Assembly (NCBI GenBank): GCA_965140585.1
Contig: OZ223267.1
Span: 32,001 to 96,000 of the forward strand
DNA from: Spirochaetia bacterium
Lineage (GTDB): Bacteria; Spirochaetota; Spirochaetia; UBA9216
Length of the DNA: 64,000 nt
Reading direction: 5' to 3'
Below the pieces are notes generated by a model. It was not told the origin of the DNA. It was given only the letters and a program-made list of their open reading frames with translations, and did not search any database. Made by a program: the position numbers and the translations under genes. Positions 48,489 through 57,980 of this stretch are shown in pieces (positions within the stretch are counted from its first letter, which is position 1; each line of letters opens with the position of its first letter).

Positions 48489-48964
48489 GAAGACCCAGGC
48501 ATTTCCCTGATGTATCAGCAGTATTTTTTACTGCTATTTTATTTTTTACCGGAGCGGCGGCTTACTCTCAGTCTGCAGAAACATCCAACGAGTGGGTGGG
48601 GGTTCTTAAAATGCCTGAGGGCGAGGTTCTTTCACAGCTCGCAGACAACTTTCAAATCTTCAGCGGAAGTGAGCTCGGCAGCATTGCGGATCGGGTTGTT
48701 GTCTGCAATGACGGTACTTCCTACTGGTTTGATTCGGGAAAAACCATTCAGATTAGATTCAGTCCTGAGTTCACAGGAAGCTCCGGCGGACTGTATATCG
48801 GAATGCAGCGTCTTGAGGTTATATCCATACTCGGGAGACCCTGGAAAATACAGGATGAATCAATGTTTTACAATCTGCCCTGGGCAGGATTTCCGGTCCG
48901 GGCAAGGCTTGTTTTTGACGGCGATGCTTTAGCCCAACTTTACCTCTACAGGAGTGATTTTTAA
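48485..48964 (+). CDS. Secreted hypothetical protein
   Basis: Signal peptide (AYS-Q); 'LYIGMQRLEVISILGRP' SmpA/BLIP-like segment; GTGA overlap with the upstream gene. Confidence 0.6.
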   Translation: MRRPRHFPDVSAVFFTAILFFTGAAAYSQSAETSNEWVGVLKMPEGEVLSQLADNFQIFSGSELGSIADRVVVCNDGTSYWFDSGKTIQIRFSPEFTGSSGGLYIGMQRLEVISILGRPWKIQDESMFYNLPWAGFPVRARLVFDGDALAQLYLYRSDF

Positions 48965-48965
48965 T

Positions 48966-50453
48966 ATGGCGCTTATTTGTCTGAACTGTGGTGAAAGCAC
49001 ACTGGCTTTGAACCTGAAAATAACTGAAAAATATAAATATGATATAGATCTTGCGGAAATAAACGCAGCTTGTCTCAATACAGAAGAACCGGATGAGCTT
49101 GAGCTGCTTTCTGCCGTAAAGGGATTAATTTTATCCTTCAGCGGCGGCTCTGTATCAGAGACTGTGCTTATAAAAGCACTGAATGATGATTCCCGTCTGA
49201 GCCGAAAGCTTTTTAAATACTGCATGTATATAAGTTTAGATATCGATATGCTGCCTAATTATTCAGATCTTCTTATCAGCCGTGCAGAGGCCTTCGGAGT
49301 TTCGGTTATAAAAACTGTTTATTCCGACGGACCGTATAGTGAGACCTTTACAGACAGAATCATTGCTCTGTCCGAAAACGGAAGGTTCGCTGTCAGGGCG
49401 GTTGTAAGCCCGAAGAATACTGAAGAACAGCTGCAGCTTTTCGAGGCGGCATCAAGGCTTTCAGCTCTGGAAAATGAAAAAGGTCATGCCCCTTCCTTTG
49501 TTTTTGAAGCTATCGGCGATTACGGTGTTGCAGTGAATCTTCTTTCCGGAAAGTTCGGCGGTCTGTTTATGAAGGCCTTCTGTGAGGACTGCATTTCAAG
49601 TTACTGGCAGTTCTCACCGGAGCAGCTGAATGATATTTACAGGTTTAAGAAGATATCTGAAACTACATCTGTTTACGGAATAATCGGAAACCCCGTAATG
49701 CACAGCAAATCACCCTTTCTTCATAACGGCGGATACGAGTATTCGGGTATGGATGCTGTATACATACCTTTTCAGACAGATGATCCCGGATTGTTTCTTG
49801 AAAAAGGTCCGGAGCTCTGCGGTGTCAGGGGCCTTTCGGTAACAGTACCCCATAAGCAGGCAGTTATCCCGGTTCTCAATGCCGCCGATGATTCGGTTGA
49901 GCGGATAGGAGCCTGCAATACGGTTGTTTACGATGAAAAGTCAGGCGGCTGGACTGGATATAATACCGACTGGCACGGCTTTCTTTATCCACTGAATGAT
50001 ATAGAACTGAAAGGAAAAACAGCTCTGGTCCTTGGAGCAGGCGGCGCTTCGAGATCTGTAGTATATGCTCTGACCCGAAGAGGGATGGATATTACGATAG
50101 TAAACCGCAGTGTGGACAAGGCCAGGAATATTGCTTCTGAATTCGGTGCCGGTTTTGATGAGATTAAAAATGCAGGGCAGTACTGTAATTCTTTTCTGGT
50201 AGTTCAAACCACGAGTGTAGGCATGAGTCCTGATGTTACTTCATCGCCGGTGGCTGAATATATTTTTGATTCCGCCGGAATAGCCTACGATATAATTTAT
50301 ATTCCAGAAAAGACTAAATTCCTTCAGATGGCTGAGGCCTCGGGGGTTCGTATCATGAATGGTTCGTCGATGCTTGCTTCACAGGGCCTTGAGCAGTTCA
50401 GACTTTTTACAGGAGTGAGTCTTCCTCCTTCTGTATTCGGTCTGCAGAATTAA
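48966..50453 (+). CDS. aroE: Shikimate dehydrogenase fused to a degenerate type I 3-dehydroquinase domain
   Basis: C-terminal half: GNPVMHSKSP, SVTVPHK, IGACNT, GYNTD, GAGGAS. N-terminal half aligns by eye to AroD but lacks its active-site residues. Confidence 0.88.
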   Translation: MALICLNCGESTLALNLKITEKYKYDIDLAEINAACLNTEEPDELELLSAVKGLILSFSGGSVSETVLIKALNDDSRLSRKLFKYCMYISLDIDMLPNYSDLLISRAEAFGVSVIKTVYSDGPYSETFTDRIIALSENGRFAVRAVVSPKNTEEQLQLFEAASRLSALENEKGHAPSFVFEAIGDYGVAVNLLSGKFGGLFMKAFCEDCISSYWQFSPEQLNDIYRFKKISETTSVYGIIGNPVMHSKSPFLHNGGYEYSGMDAVYIPFQTDDPGLFLEKGPELCGVRGLSVTVPHKQAVIPVLNAADDSVERIGACNTVVYDEKSGGWTGYNTDWHGFLYPLNDIELKGKTALVLGAGGASRSVVYALTRRGMDITIVNRSVDKARNIASEFGAGFDEIKNAGQYCNSFLVVQTTSVGMSPDVTSSPVAEYIFDSAGIAYDIIYIPEKTKFLQMAEASGVRIMNGSSMLASQGLEQFRLFTGVSLPPSVFGLQN

Positions 50454-50454
50454 A

Positions 50455-52503
50455 TCAGGGAGTAAAGAGCGAGCTTTTCAGCATTTTAAGAAAACTGATC
50501 CGGTTTACCGGAATTTCTGTTTCTTTCTCTGAAGGCAGTTCAAGTCCTATGAGTATATTGACCACTGGTTTGGATATATCGGTCTGTTCCAGTTTTGCAA
50601 GTCTTAATGGTTTAATCAGCTTTTTTTCAATTTCAAAATCTTTCGGTGTTGAAACCTCGAGCAGGTTGTCAAGCTCAAGTGCCCGTTCTACAAGTCTCAG
50701 TTTCCCTCTGTGATCCATGGCCCCGGCTTCACCTTTTTCCTCGGGTCTTGTTGAAGTGGTAAGCTGTGATTGATCCAGAATAAGCTTTTTCTGAATGCGG
50801 GCTTCAAGATTCTGTTTCTGGGCTGGAGCCATTTTTCGGGCTGCCAGATTTTTCATCTGTTCTTCAATTACAGCCGCGGCATCCTCACTGTGTTCAGTTT
50901 TATAGGCTTTAAATCCGGAAGACTCTTTGAGCTTGCTGAATCCTGGGCTTGGTATTGTTTCAGTGTTCTTCCCCTGACTGTGTATTCTGACATCGGGCAG
51001 CATTTCAAATCCTGCATTTATAAAAGCCCGTCTCCATTCATTTTCTCTATCAGGGTCCAGTATGAAAACGCCCGGAGCCGGTACAGAAAGAAAAAATTCC
51101 TTCAGATTCGGTGAATGCTCGATAAGCGGAAGTCTTTCTTTAGCGACAGTCAGGACTACACCATAGTTGAGATCCATGCTTCTGTACTCTTTTTCCCATG
51201 TCGAAAGCGTAAATGAAAGGTTCTGAGGTAGAGGCCGTCCTGAATATTTTTCAAGATCAGCGATTAGCTCTTCAGATGTGAAGTCAGCATTTCTGAAAGT
51301 GGAAAAGCTCGTCTTCTCAAGAATATATGTGCTCACCAGATCATATCGAATCAGTCTCGAACATAAGGCTGCTGTAAGTTCAGCTTCCATTGTGATTCCC
51401 GGCGGAACTGAAATTTCAAAATTTGGTTCAACTCTGATTACCGTGTCTTTGTATAAAGGGGGGAATTCGTTTAGGCAGTATCTGCTGCCGCAATGACTTA
51501 TGAACCCGAAACTTATCAGCGATTTTACTGCGGAAGAGACCTTAACAGAAGGCAGCGGGTTTGCCCTCCCGTATATTTTACGGCAGCTGAACATGATACC
51601 TTCAAGGATATTTTTCTTATACTGCTGTCCGGGTTCAAGCATACTGAAAAAGGAAGAGTTTAGTTCCGCTGCTGCCGCAAGTTCGCCCTGCAGGGCCTCG
51701 GTGTCCTTTAGAGTGCCTGACCCGGGTGCATGGAAAACCGCCGCGGCAGAGAGAAAAAGCTGCTGTTTTTCAAGTGTCATCCGGGCAAAGTCTTTTACAG
51801 CAGTAATATTGAGTCTCTGGTACCCTGATTCTTCCTTTAAAAAGCCGAAGGTTTTAATTGTACTGTACAGGCTGATGATTAATTCTTCTGGCGAGAGTCC
51901 GCTTTGTTTAACTGCAGCATCAAAGGTATCTTCAAATTTTTCTACTATTTTTTTTCTTGCATTGCCGTCAAGGCGGCTGATAAGAGGGTTATCCGAAACA
52001 AAGGAAAGAAAAGCCGTGATGAGCCTGGTATTGAACCACCTTTGTTCCGTTTTAATATCGGGACCAGGCTCATTAGGGAATAAAAGAGATGTATCAAGCA
52101 CCCTCTCTTTAAGTTCTTTTTGGAACAGTATATTAAGGCTGAGTTTTCGGGAACTGTGCTGCTTTTGATCTCTGTAATCAACTTCTACAAGCAGCCGCTC
52201 CTGGAGATTTGCTACACGGTTGTGAAGTTCAATGAAGCTGTAGTTTTTACCGAAAAAACTGCTTAACTCATCTATTGAAACGGGAGACAGAAGTTCGACT
52301 GCGGTTAGAATCTTTCTGTCTTCATCATCAATCAGCTTAAAAAGATTTTTCCTGACCGAAGGTCTGTTAAGCATATTTTCAAGCGAACGGAGGAGATCAT
52401 GCTTATTGAAAGGAGTTTTCAAATCACCCAGATAATTCCGCATCAGTTCAAAGAAGATGGAATCGGGAAGGGTAAGCATGTTATTCTTCCATTCGTCAGT
52501 CAA
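50455..52503 (-). CDS. XPB partner protein with Helicase_C_3 (helicase-associated) domain and WYL-like C-terminus
   Basis: 'IRVEPNFEISV...YILEKTSF....SEELIADLEKYSGRPLPQNLSFTLSTW'; overlaps the XPB stop. Confidence 0.75.
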   Translation of the reverse strand: MTDEWKNNMLTLPDSIFFELMRNYLGDLKTPFNKHDLLRSLENMLNRPSVRKNLFKLIDDEDRKILTAVELLSPVSIDELSSFFGKNYSFIELHNRVANLQERLLVEVDYRDQKQHSSRKLSLNILFQKELKERVLDTSLLFPNEPGPDIKTEQRWFNTRLITAFLSFVSDNPLISRLDGNARKKIVEKFEDTFDAAVKQSGLSPEELIISLYSTIKTFGFLKEESGYQRLNITAVKDFARMTLEKQQLFLSAAAVFHAPGSGTLKDTEALQGELAAAAELNSSFFSMLEPGQQYKKNILEGIMFSCRKIYGRANPLPSVKVSSAVKSLISFGFISHCGSRYCLNEFPPLYKDTVIRVEPNFEISVPPGITMEAELTAALCSRLIRYDLVSTYILEKTSFSTFRNADFTSEELIADLEKYSGRPLPQNLSFTLSTWEKEYRSMDLNYGVVLTVAKERLPLIEHSPNLKEFFLSVPAPGVFILDPDRENEWRRAFINAGFEMLPDVRIHSQGKNTETIPSPGFSKLKESSGFKAYKTEHSEDAAAVIEEQMKNLAARKMAPAQKQNLEARIQKKLILDQSQLTTSTRPEEKGEAGAMDHRGKLRLVERALELDNLLEVSTPKDFEIEKKLIKPLRLAKLEQTDISKPVVNILIGLELPSEKETEIPVNRISFLKMLKSSLFTP

Positions 52504-54172
52504 CTATATCATCCCATATTTCTATTGAGTATTTATAACCCTGCTCAGTGAGAAATTTCTGCCTGTTTGCTGAAAATGTTTCTTCGGTAGTGTAGTTGGA
52601 AACAATCGAATAGAAATATGAATTCCTTTCCTTCGGCCTGAGAATCCTTCCCAGGCGCTGGGCTTCCTCCTGGCGCGAACCGAAGGTTCCCGATACCTGA
52701 ATTGCTACCGAGGCATCAGGCAGATCTATTGCAAAGTTGGCTACCTTTGAAACTACTATGACGCGTTCCTCTCCTTCACGGAATTTCTGGTAGATTACCT
52801 CACGTTCACTGTTCGGTGTCTTTCCGGTGATAAGGGGAGCCTTGAGTCTTTTTGCAAGAAGATGCAGCTGGTCCAGATACTGGCCGATGACAATCACCGC
52901 ATCCTCCGGGTGGTTATCGATAAGCTGGGTTGTAATCTGAATCTTACGCGGATTTTCACTGGCTATCCTGAACTTCTGTCTTTTATCGGATGCCGCGTAT
53001 TCAATCATCATTCTTTCAGGCATATCCACCCTGATTTCACAGCAGCTTGCTTCGGCTATCCAGCCCTTTGATTCAAGCTCTTTCCAGGGTACATCAAAGC
53101 GTTTCGGTCCTATTAGTGAGAACACGTCGGATTCTCTTCCGTCTTCACGAAGCAGGGTAGCTGTAAGTCCGAGACGCCTCATGGCCTGTATTTCCGCGGT
53201 TACCCTGAATACGGGCGCCGGCAGAAGATGAACTTCGTCATATATGATCAGACCCCATCCGCCTTCAGAAAATATTCTGAAATGGGGAAACTCGCTTTCC
53301 TTATCAGGGCGCCATGTAAGAATCTGGTATGTCGCGATCGTAACCGGCTTTATTTCTTTCCTTGCTCCTGTATATTCACCGATTTCATCGGCTGTAAGTG
53401 AGGTCTTGTCCAGCAATTCTCTCATCCACTGGTGGACCGCTGCGACATTGGTTGTAATTATTAGTGTGTTTGTTCTGCACAGATCCATTGTCTTTATACC
53501 GACGATGGTTTTTCCTGAGCCGCAGGGAAGTACTATTGTGCCGAATCCGTAGCCTCTTTCTCCACCGCCGTGGAAGGCGTTTGCTGCATTGTCCTGATAG
53601 TCTCGTGTATTGAAGCTGCTGCCGGATGCGGCAATCTCCCGCAGGCTGAAGTCAAGCGGTTTACCGTCCTTGAGCGGTGCCGTATCTTTTACCGGCCATC
53701 CAAGCTTGATCAGTTCAACCTTGACTGTCCCGCGGTCGACCAGTTTTACGAGAAAGCCGTCACCCTCTCTAATCAGGTATTTTGCCAGGCCCTTTCTTGC
53801 TTCAAGTTCCGCTACTATGTAGCTGTTCTCGGCTTCAAGATAGAGAAAGTCCGGATTCTCGGTTTCCTTCAGAACGAGCTGTCCGAACCTGTCCACAGTC
53901 TGTCTGATAGTAAAACTGACATTTTCGGGAACAGAAAATTTAGACCACTTTGAAAGTCTTTTAAGAATGTTGTCTGCTGAAATTCCGGCGGATGCTGCAT
54001 TCCACAGAGACAGTGGTGATATTCTGAATGTATGAATATGTTCAGGTGACTTTTCAAGTTCGGCAAAAGCGGCAATATCGGTACGTGCCTCATCGGCAAA
54101 AGGATGATGCACATCCAGCATCAGTGAGCTGTCGCTTTGTACTATAAGAGGTGTTTTATCATCCTTTACCAT
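52496..54172 (-). CDS. Bacterial XPB/Ssl2-like SF2 DNA helicase
   Basis: PLIVQSD, AELEKSPEHIHT, LPCGSGKT, DEVHLLPA, GLTAT, SRQEEAQRLGRILRPK. Confidence 0.95.
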   Translation of the reverse strand: MVKDDKTPLIVQSDSSLMLDVHHPFADEARTDIAAFAELEKSPEHIHTFRISPLSLWNAASAGISADNILKRLSKWSKFSVPENVSFTIRQTVDRFGQLVLKETENPDFLYLEAENSYIVAELEARKGLAKYLIREGDGFLVKLVDRGTVKVELIKLGWPVKDTAPLKDGKPLDFSLREIAASGSSFNTRDYQDNAANAFHGGGERGYGFGTIVLPCGSGKTIVGIKTMDLCRTNTLIITTNVAAVHQWMRELLDKTSLTADEIGEYTGARKEIKPVTIATYQILTWRPDKESEFPHFRIFSEGGWGLIIYDEVHLLPAPVFRVTAEIQAMRRLGLTATLLREDGRESDVFSLIGPKRFDVPWKELESKGWIAEASCCEIRVDMPERMMIEYAASDKRQKFRIASENPRKIQITTQLIDNHPEDAVIVIGQYLDQLHLLAKRLKAPLITGKTPNSEREVIYQKFREGEERVIVVSKVANFAIDLPDASVAIQVSGTFGSRQEEAQRLGRILRPKERNSYFYSIVSNYTTEETFSANRQKFLTEQGYKYSIEIWDDIVD

Positions 54173-54180
54173 AACTGATG

Positions 54181-54209
54181 AGCTTATCAGAGAAAATATT
54201 TAGAATCAA
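54181..54209 (-). promoter_or_regulatory. sigma70-like promoter for XPB, (near-)leaderless
   Basis: TTGATT-N17-TAAGCT with extended TG, 8 nt from the ATG; no SD. Confidence 0.55.
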
Positions 54210-54222
54210 TACGAACTGGAAA

Positions 54223-54951
54223 TTAAACCGGCGATGCCGATTTTCCGGCCTTGATTTTTGATGTTATTGCAGTAAATTTCAGTTCCGCATTTTTCATCTG
54301 AGGTTCTTTCATACTTCCTGATGATGTAAGCCGCTCATTGAAAAGCTTGCCGGCTTCGTTGCTTAAATTTGTATAAACCTTGCAGAGAACGGCATCTGTT
54401 TCTTCGGCAAGAAGTATAATAAGTGATTCCCAGTCAATGGCCTTAAGAAGAAAGGAGATTTCGTAGTCTTCAGCATCGAGAAGCCACTGCCCTGAAGGCG
54501 TGTGTGCGGCCTTATCAGCAGTACAAAGTTCCTTCACGTAGGCCTGATAATCAGTGTTTCTGCCTGTTTTGTAAAGTTCGAACTCATCTTCACCCAGAAA
54601 TGAAAGCAGGACTTCCTCTGTAAGACTTTGCGGGTCTCCGCGCATGATCGAAAGAATTCCTTCTTTAATCATCGTCATCTCAAGCAGCTTAGCTCCTGAT
54701 CCGCCTCTTACTGCAAGCCTGATATCAAGGATTCTTTCAATAACTGTATATTCGTAGCCTTTTCCGAGAAGGTTGATGCATTCCCGTAAAAAGAGATTGT
54801 TTATGCCTTCGGAATCCTGACTCAAAGCAAGAAGCCCGTCTGTTCTAGCCTTCTTGGACTGGTTGAGGATTTCCTTCAACAGAAATACTGATGCTTTTTT
54901 TTCTTCGGGAGTACATTTTATAAATTGACTGAATTCTGCGTTGTATACCAT
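54223..54951 (-). CDS. Soluble MotA-cytoplasmic-like + FliG C-terminal-like fusion protein
   Basis: 'SKKARTDGLLAL...FLRECINLL' and 'MIKEGILSIMRGDP...EEVLLSFL' (MotA-like); 'ISFLLKAIDWESLIILL....LCKVYTNLS..AGKLF.ERL...G.MK.....AE' (FliG_C-like); no TM; SD GGGAGG. Confidence 0.7.
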   Translation of the reverse strand: MVYNAEFSQFIKCTPEEKKASVFLLKEILNQSKKARTDGLLALSQDSEGINNLFLRECINLLGKGYEYTVIERILDIRLAVRGGSGAKLLEMTMIKEGILSIMRGDPQSLTEEVLLSFLGEDEFELYKTGRNTDYQAYVKELCTADKAAHTPSGQWLLDAEDYEISFLLKAIDWESLIILLAEETDAVLCKVYTNLSNEAGKLFNERLTSSGSMKEPQMKNAELKFTAITSKIKAGKSASPV

Positions 54952-55106
54952 TTTTTCCTCCCATCAATGGATTTAATTAATCTTTCTGAAGCTATCACGC
55001 AATGACTGTGATATCCGGGAAAAATGGTAATTTGAGATAAAATCAGTAATTAGTACTATGAAATGATTAGTAGTAGTAAGCCTGTTCTAATACTCTGCTA
55101 TGGCGG

Positions 55107-55135
55107 TTCACATTGTAATGTTTTATTAATATAAT
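55107..55135 (+). promoter_or_regulatory. sigma70 promoter of the ECF operon, leaderless position
   Basis: TTCACA-N17-TATAAT-N7-ATG (55143); no SD. Confidence 0.7.
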
Positions 55136-55142
55136 CACACTC

Positions 55143-56645
55143 ATGCTGAAAATTCTTGCTGTTACGCAAATTTTTTTTAAATATCCCGATTATCCCGGTT
55201 TAAAAGGCAGAGAGGTTCTTGAAGATGTTTCATTGGAGGTCAGGCCCGGGGAGATTTGTGTTATTGCGGGAGGATCAGAATCCGGAAAATCAACGCTGGC
55301 AGGAATTACCGCAGGGCTTATTCCGCTTCACACAGGCGGAAAGTTAACCGGGCAGGTTTTTCTTGATGATACCGATGTTTTGAGCAGAGCCCCGGCAAAG
55401 CTTGTCGGCGAACGGGGGATTGTCTTTCAGGATCCCGAGAAGCAAATCATTACGACAGTCTGCGGCGCAGAAACTGCTTTTCCTCTGGAATCCATGGGTA
55501 TGGAGAGGTCTCTGATGCAGACTGCCGTGAAAGCGGCTCTTGAATCTGCCGGGCTTGCCGGTTATGAGCAGGTTTCCACTTCTGCGCTCTCGGGCGGAGA
55601 GAAGAAAAAACTGGGGCTTGCCGGGCTGTTTGCAGTAAGCCCCGGTCTCTGGATTCTTGATGAGACTATTGAGGAGCTTGATAAACCCACCCGGCACCGG
55701 ATAATGAAAAGCCTGCGCGATTCGGGAGCTGCAGTAATACTTTTTACCTCCAAGTTTCTTGAAACCTTCGATGAATACGCTGATTCGCTGTATATCCTTA
55801 AGGACCGCCGTATTTCGGTAAAGCACCGGCTTCCTGCTTCGTCTGAGCTGAAGGAACTGCTACAGGATAATGATCTTCTATATAAAGCGGTTATTCAGGA
55901 AAAGTTATCATCTGACAAAAGTGCAGCAGAATCTGCAGAAAAACTGAGTCTGCCGGTAATAGAAGCGTCAAATATCGGCTATCAATATCCTAACGCCGAT
56001 TTTGCGGTTTCTAATATAGATCTAAAACTAACTGAAGGTGAGGTGCTTGCGCTGGCCGGCAGAAACGGCTGCGGAAAGAGCACTCTGGCCAGAGTGCTCT
56101 GCGGGCTGCTTGAGCCGGGGCAGGGGACAATAAAAATTGATGCTGAAACTGCAGATTCCAGGCTTCTGAATCGTTGTGTTGCCTATATGTTTCAGAATCC
56201 TGATTATCAGATTTTTCTGCCAACGGTTGAGCAGGAGCTTTCATGGGGACTCAGAGCGGCCGGATTTTCGTCTGCGGAAATCCATGAGAAGGTCAATGAG
56301 GCTGCAGACCTGTTCAAGCTTCCTGCCATGGAGACTCCACCTGCGATGATGAGCTTCAGCGCCCGTAAACGCCTTCAAGCCGCTGTGTATTATCTGCTGA
56401 AGCGACGGGTTTTTATACTCGATGAAGCTGATACCGGACTTTCTTTCCGGGAGTTTACAAGCCTTCTAGAGCTCCTAAAAAAAGAATGCGGCGGGGTAAT
56501 TCTGATTACCCACAATATTGAAGTAATTCCTGATACCTGTAACAGAGTTATCTGTATGGCTAAGGGAAGAATATCCTGTGAATTTGGAAAACCGGAACTT
56601 TCAGCTATATCTGAATGGTTCAGCGAAAGCGGCGGTAAGAAATGA
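55143..56645 (+). CDS. ECF transporter duplicated ATPase (A-A' fusion)
   Basis: GGSESGKST, FQDPEKQ, LSGGEKKK; GRNGCGKST, FQNPDYQ, degenerate signature MSFSARKR. Confidence 0.9.
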   Translation: MLKILAVTQIFFKYPDYPGLKGREVLEDVSLEVRPGEICVIAGGSESGKSTLAGITAGLIPLHTGGKLTGQVFLDDTDVLSRAPAKLVGERGIVFQDPEKQIITTVCGAETAFPLESMGMERSLMQTAVKAALESAGLAGYEQVSTSALSGGEKKKLGLAGLFAVSPGLWILDETIEELDKPTRHRIMKSLRDSGAAVILFTSKFLETFDEYADSLYILKDRRISVKHRLPASSELKELLQDNDLLYKAVIQEKLSSDKSAAESAEKLSLPVIEASNIGYQYPNADFAVSNIDLKLTEGEVLALAGRNGCGKSTLARVLCGLLEPGQGTIKIDAETADSRLLNRCVAYMFQNPDYQIFLPTVEQELSWGLRAAGFSSAEIHEKVNEAADLFKLPAMETPPAMMSFSARKRLQAAVYYLLKRRVFILDEADTGLSFREFTSLLELLKKECGGVILITHNIEVIPDTCNRVICMAKGRISCEFGKPELSAISEWFSESGGKK

Positions 56646-57430
56646 TAGCAGATAATTATCTGGAGCGGGACAGTCTCCTGCACCGTTTTGATCCCAGACT
56701 GAAACTGCTGCTGACTCTTGCCTCTGTTGCATTTTTCTTTGCAGAGAAGAATGTTCTTATTCAGGGCGGATTTTTTCTGCTGATTTTTCTGATTTCAGTA
56801 ATCACCGCCGGCTTAAGAAACTCATTTCACCCGCTGAAGCTGATTTTTCCTATTCTGCTTCTAACCGCTTTTCTTACACCTGCATTTCATCGAACTGGCG
56901 AGGCCGTTATTACTGTCGGTAATACAGCTGTCCTTACAGCGGACGGAATGATTCTGGCAGTCTCTCTCCTGCTCAGGTTTTCCGGCATAACAACAATTTT
57001 CTATGTCTTTTTCAGTTCTACCAGGACTATGGATTTTATACTTGCCCTTGGATTTTTCGGTCTGCCGCATAAGGCTGCGCTTACTACGGAAATTTCATTG
57101 AGGTTTATTCCATATATGTTCAGGATTCACTCCAATATCAATGATGCTCATAAACTGCGCAGGGCAGGACTAAGTTCTTCTGAAAAAGAGAAAAGCTTTT
57201 TAGGATTTCTGCACCGGCTGAGAAATATGTTTCCTGTTCTTACCTCCGTCCTTATTCAGGCTGTAAAGAGCATCCCCTCACTTTCAATGGCTCTTGATTC
57301 GAAAGGCTTCGGTATAAGTGCCGGGCGTACAAGTTACCGGGCGCTGCCATTGATGAAAAAAGCTGCCGGACAGATACTAATTACGCTTCTTTTTATTGCC
57401 GCTCTTGTCATCATTCTTGTCATTGTTTAA
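56642..57430 (+). CDS. ECF transporter T component
   Basis: LHRFDPRLK, SLRFIP, AHKLR, ALDSKGF. Confidence 0.9.
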   Translation: MIADNYLERDSLLHRFDPRLKLLLTLASVAFFFAEKNVLIQGGFFLLIFLISVITAGLRNSFHPLKLIFPILLLTAFLTPAFHRTGEAVITVGNTAVLTADGMILAVSLLLRFSGITTIFYVFFSSTRTMDFILALGFFGLPHKAALTTEISLRFIPYMFRIHSNINDAHKLRRAGLSSSEKEKSFLGFLHRLRNMFPVLTSVLIQAVKSIPSLSMALDSKGFGISAGRTSYRALPLMKKAAGQILITLLFIAALVIILVIV

Positions 57431-57439
57431 TATTCCTGC

Positions 57440-57970
57440 ATGAATGATAAAGCACATAAAAGTGGATTTACATCAGGCAGGATTGCTGCTGTTGCTGTAA
57501 TGACAGCTGTTACCATGGTATTTACTTATATAGTCAGGGTTCCTGTAGCGCCGACAAGGGGATACATAAACCTCGGAGATGTAGCTGTAATGTTCACAGC
57601 CTTTACTTTTGGCCCCCTGACGGCACTGATATCAGGAGGGCTTGGTCCTGCTATTGCTGATATAGTATCGGGTTACGCGCAGTGGGCCCCCCTGACTTTT
57701 GTAGCACACGGACTTCAGGGCCTGGCTGCCGCTCTTATTTTCAGAGCAGTGAAGAAGGAAATTTTTGGGGTTATTCTTGGAGGCCTGTCCGGAATGATTA
57801 TAATGGCCGGACTGTATCTGGTGGGCGGCGGTTTTATGGTTGGCTTTGAAGCGGCGGCTGTTGAAGCACCGATGAACCTTCTCCAGAGCGGTGTGGGGCT
57901 TGTCGGCGGATTTGTTCTGTCAAAGGCCGTCCGCAAAGCATATCCTCCGGTATCCCGACTGGCCTGGTAA
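57440..57970 (+). CDS. ECF transporter S component (HmpT/PdxU-like)
   Basis: RVPVAPTRGYINLGD, GLGPAIADIVSGYAQWAPLTFVAHGLQG. Confidence 0.88.
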   Translation: MNDKAHKSGFTSGRIAAVAVMTAVTMVFTYIVRVPVAPTRGYINLGDVAVMFTAFTFGPLTALISGGLGPAIADIVSGYAQWAPLTFVAHGLQGLAAALIFRAVKKEIFGVILGGLSGMIIMAGLYLVGGGFMVGFEAAAVEAPMNLLQSGVGLVGGFVLSKAVRKAYPPVSRLAW

Positions 57971-57980
57971 TTCCCTATCA

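Noticed and set aside
51500-52168. 222-aa plus-strand ORF
   Set aside because: Antisense to the XPB partner gene; Ser-rich shadow composition.
54952-55142. Possible riboswitch upstream of the ECF operon; small hairpin TATCAC-N9-GTGATA
   Set aside because: No TPP, cobalamin or other riboswitch motifs; the promoter abuts the ATG; the hairpin is too short to support a call.
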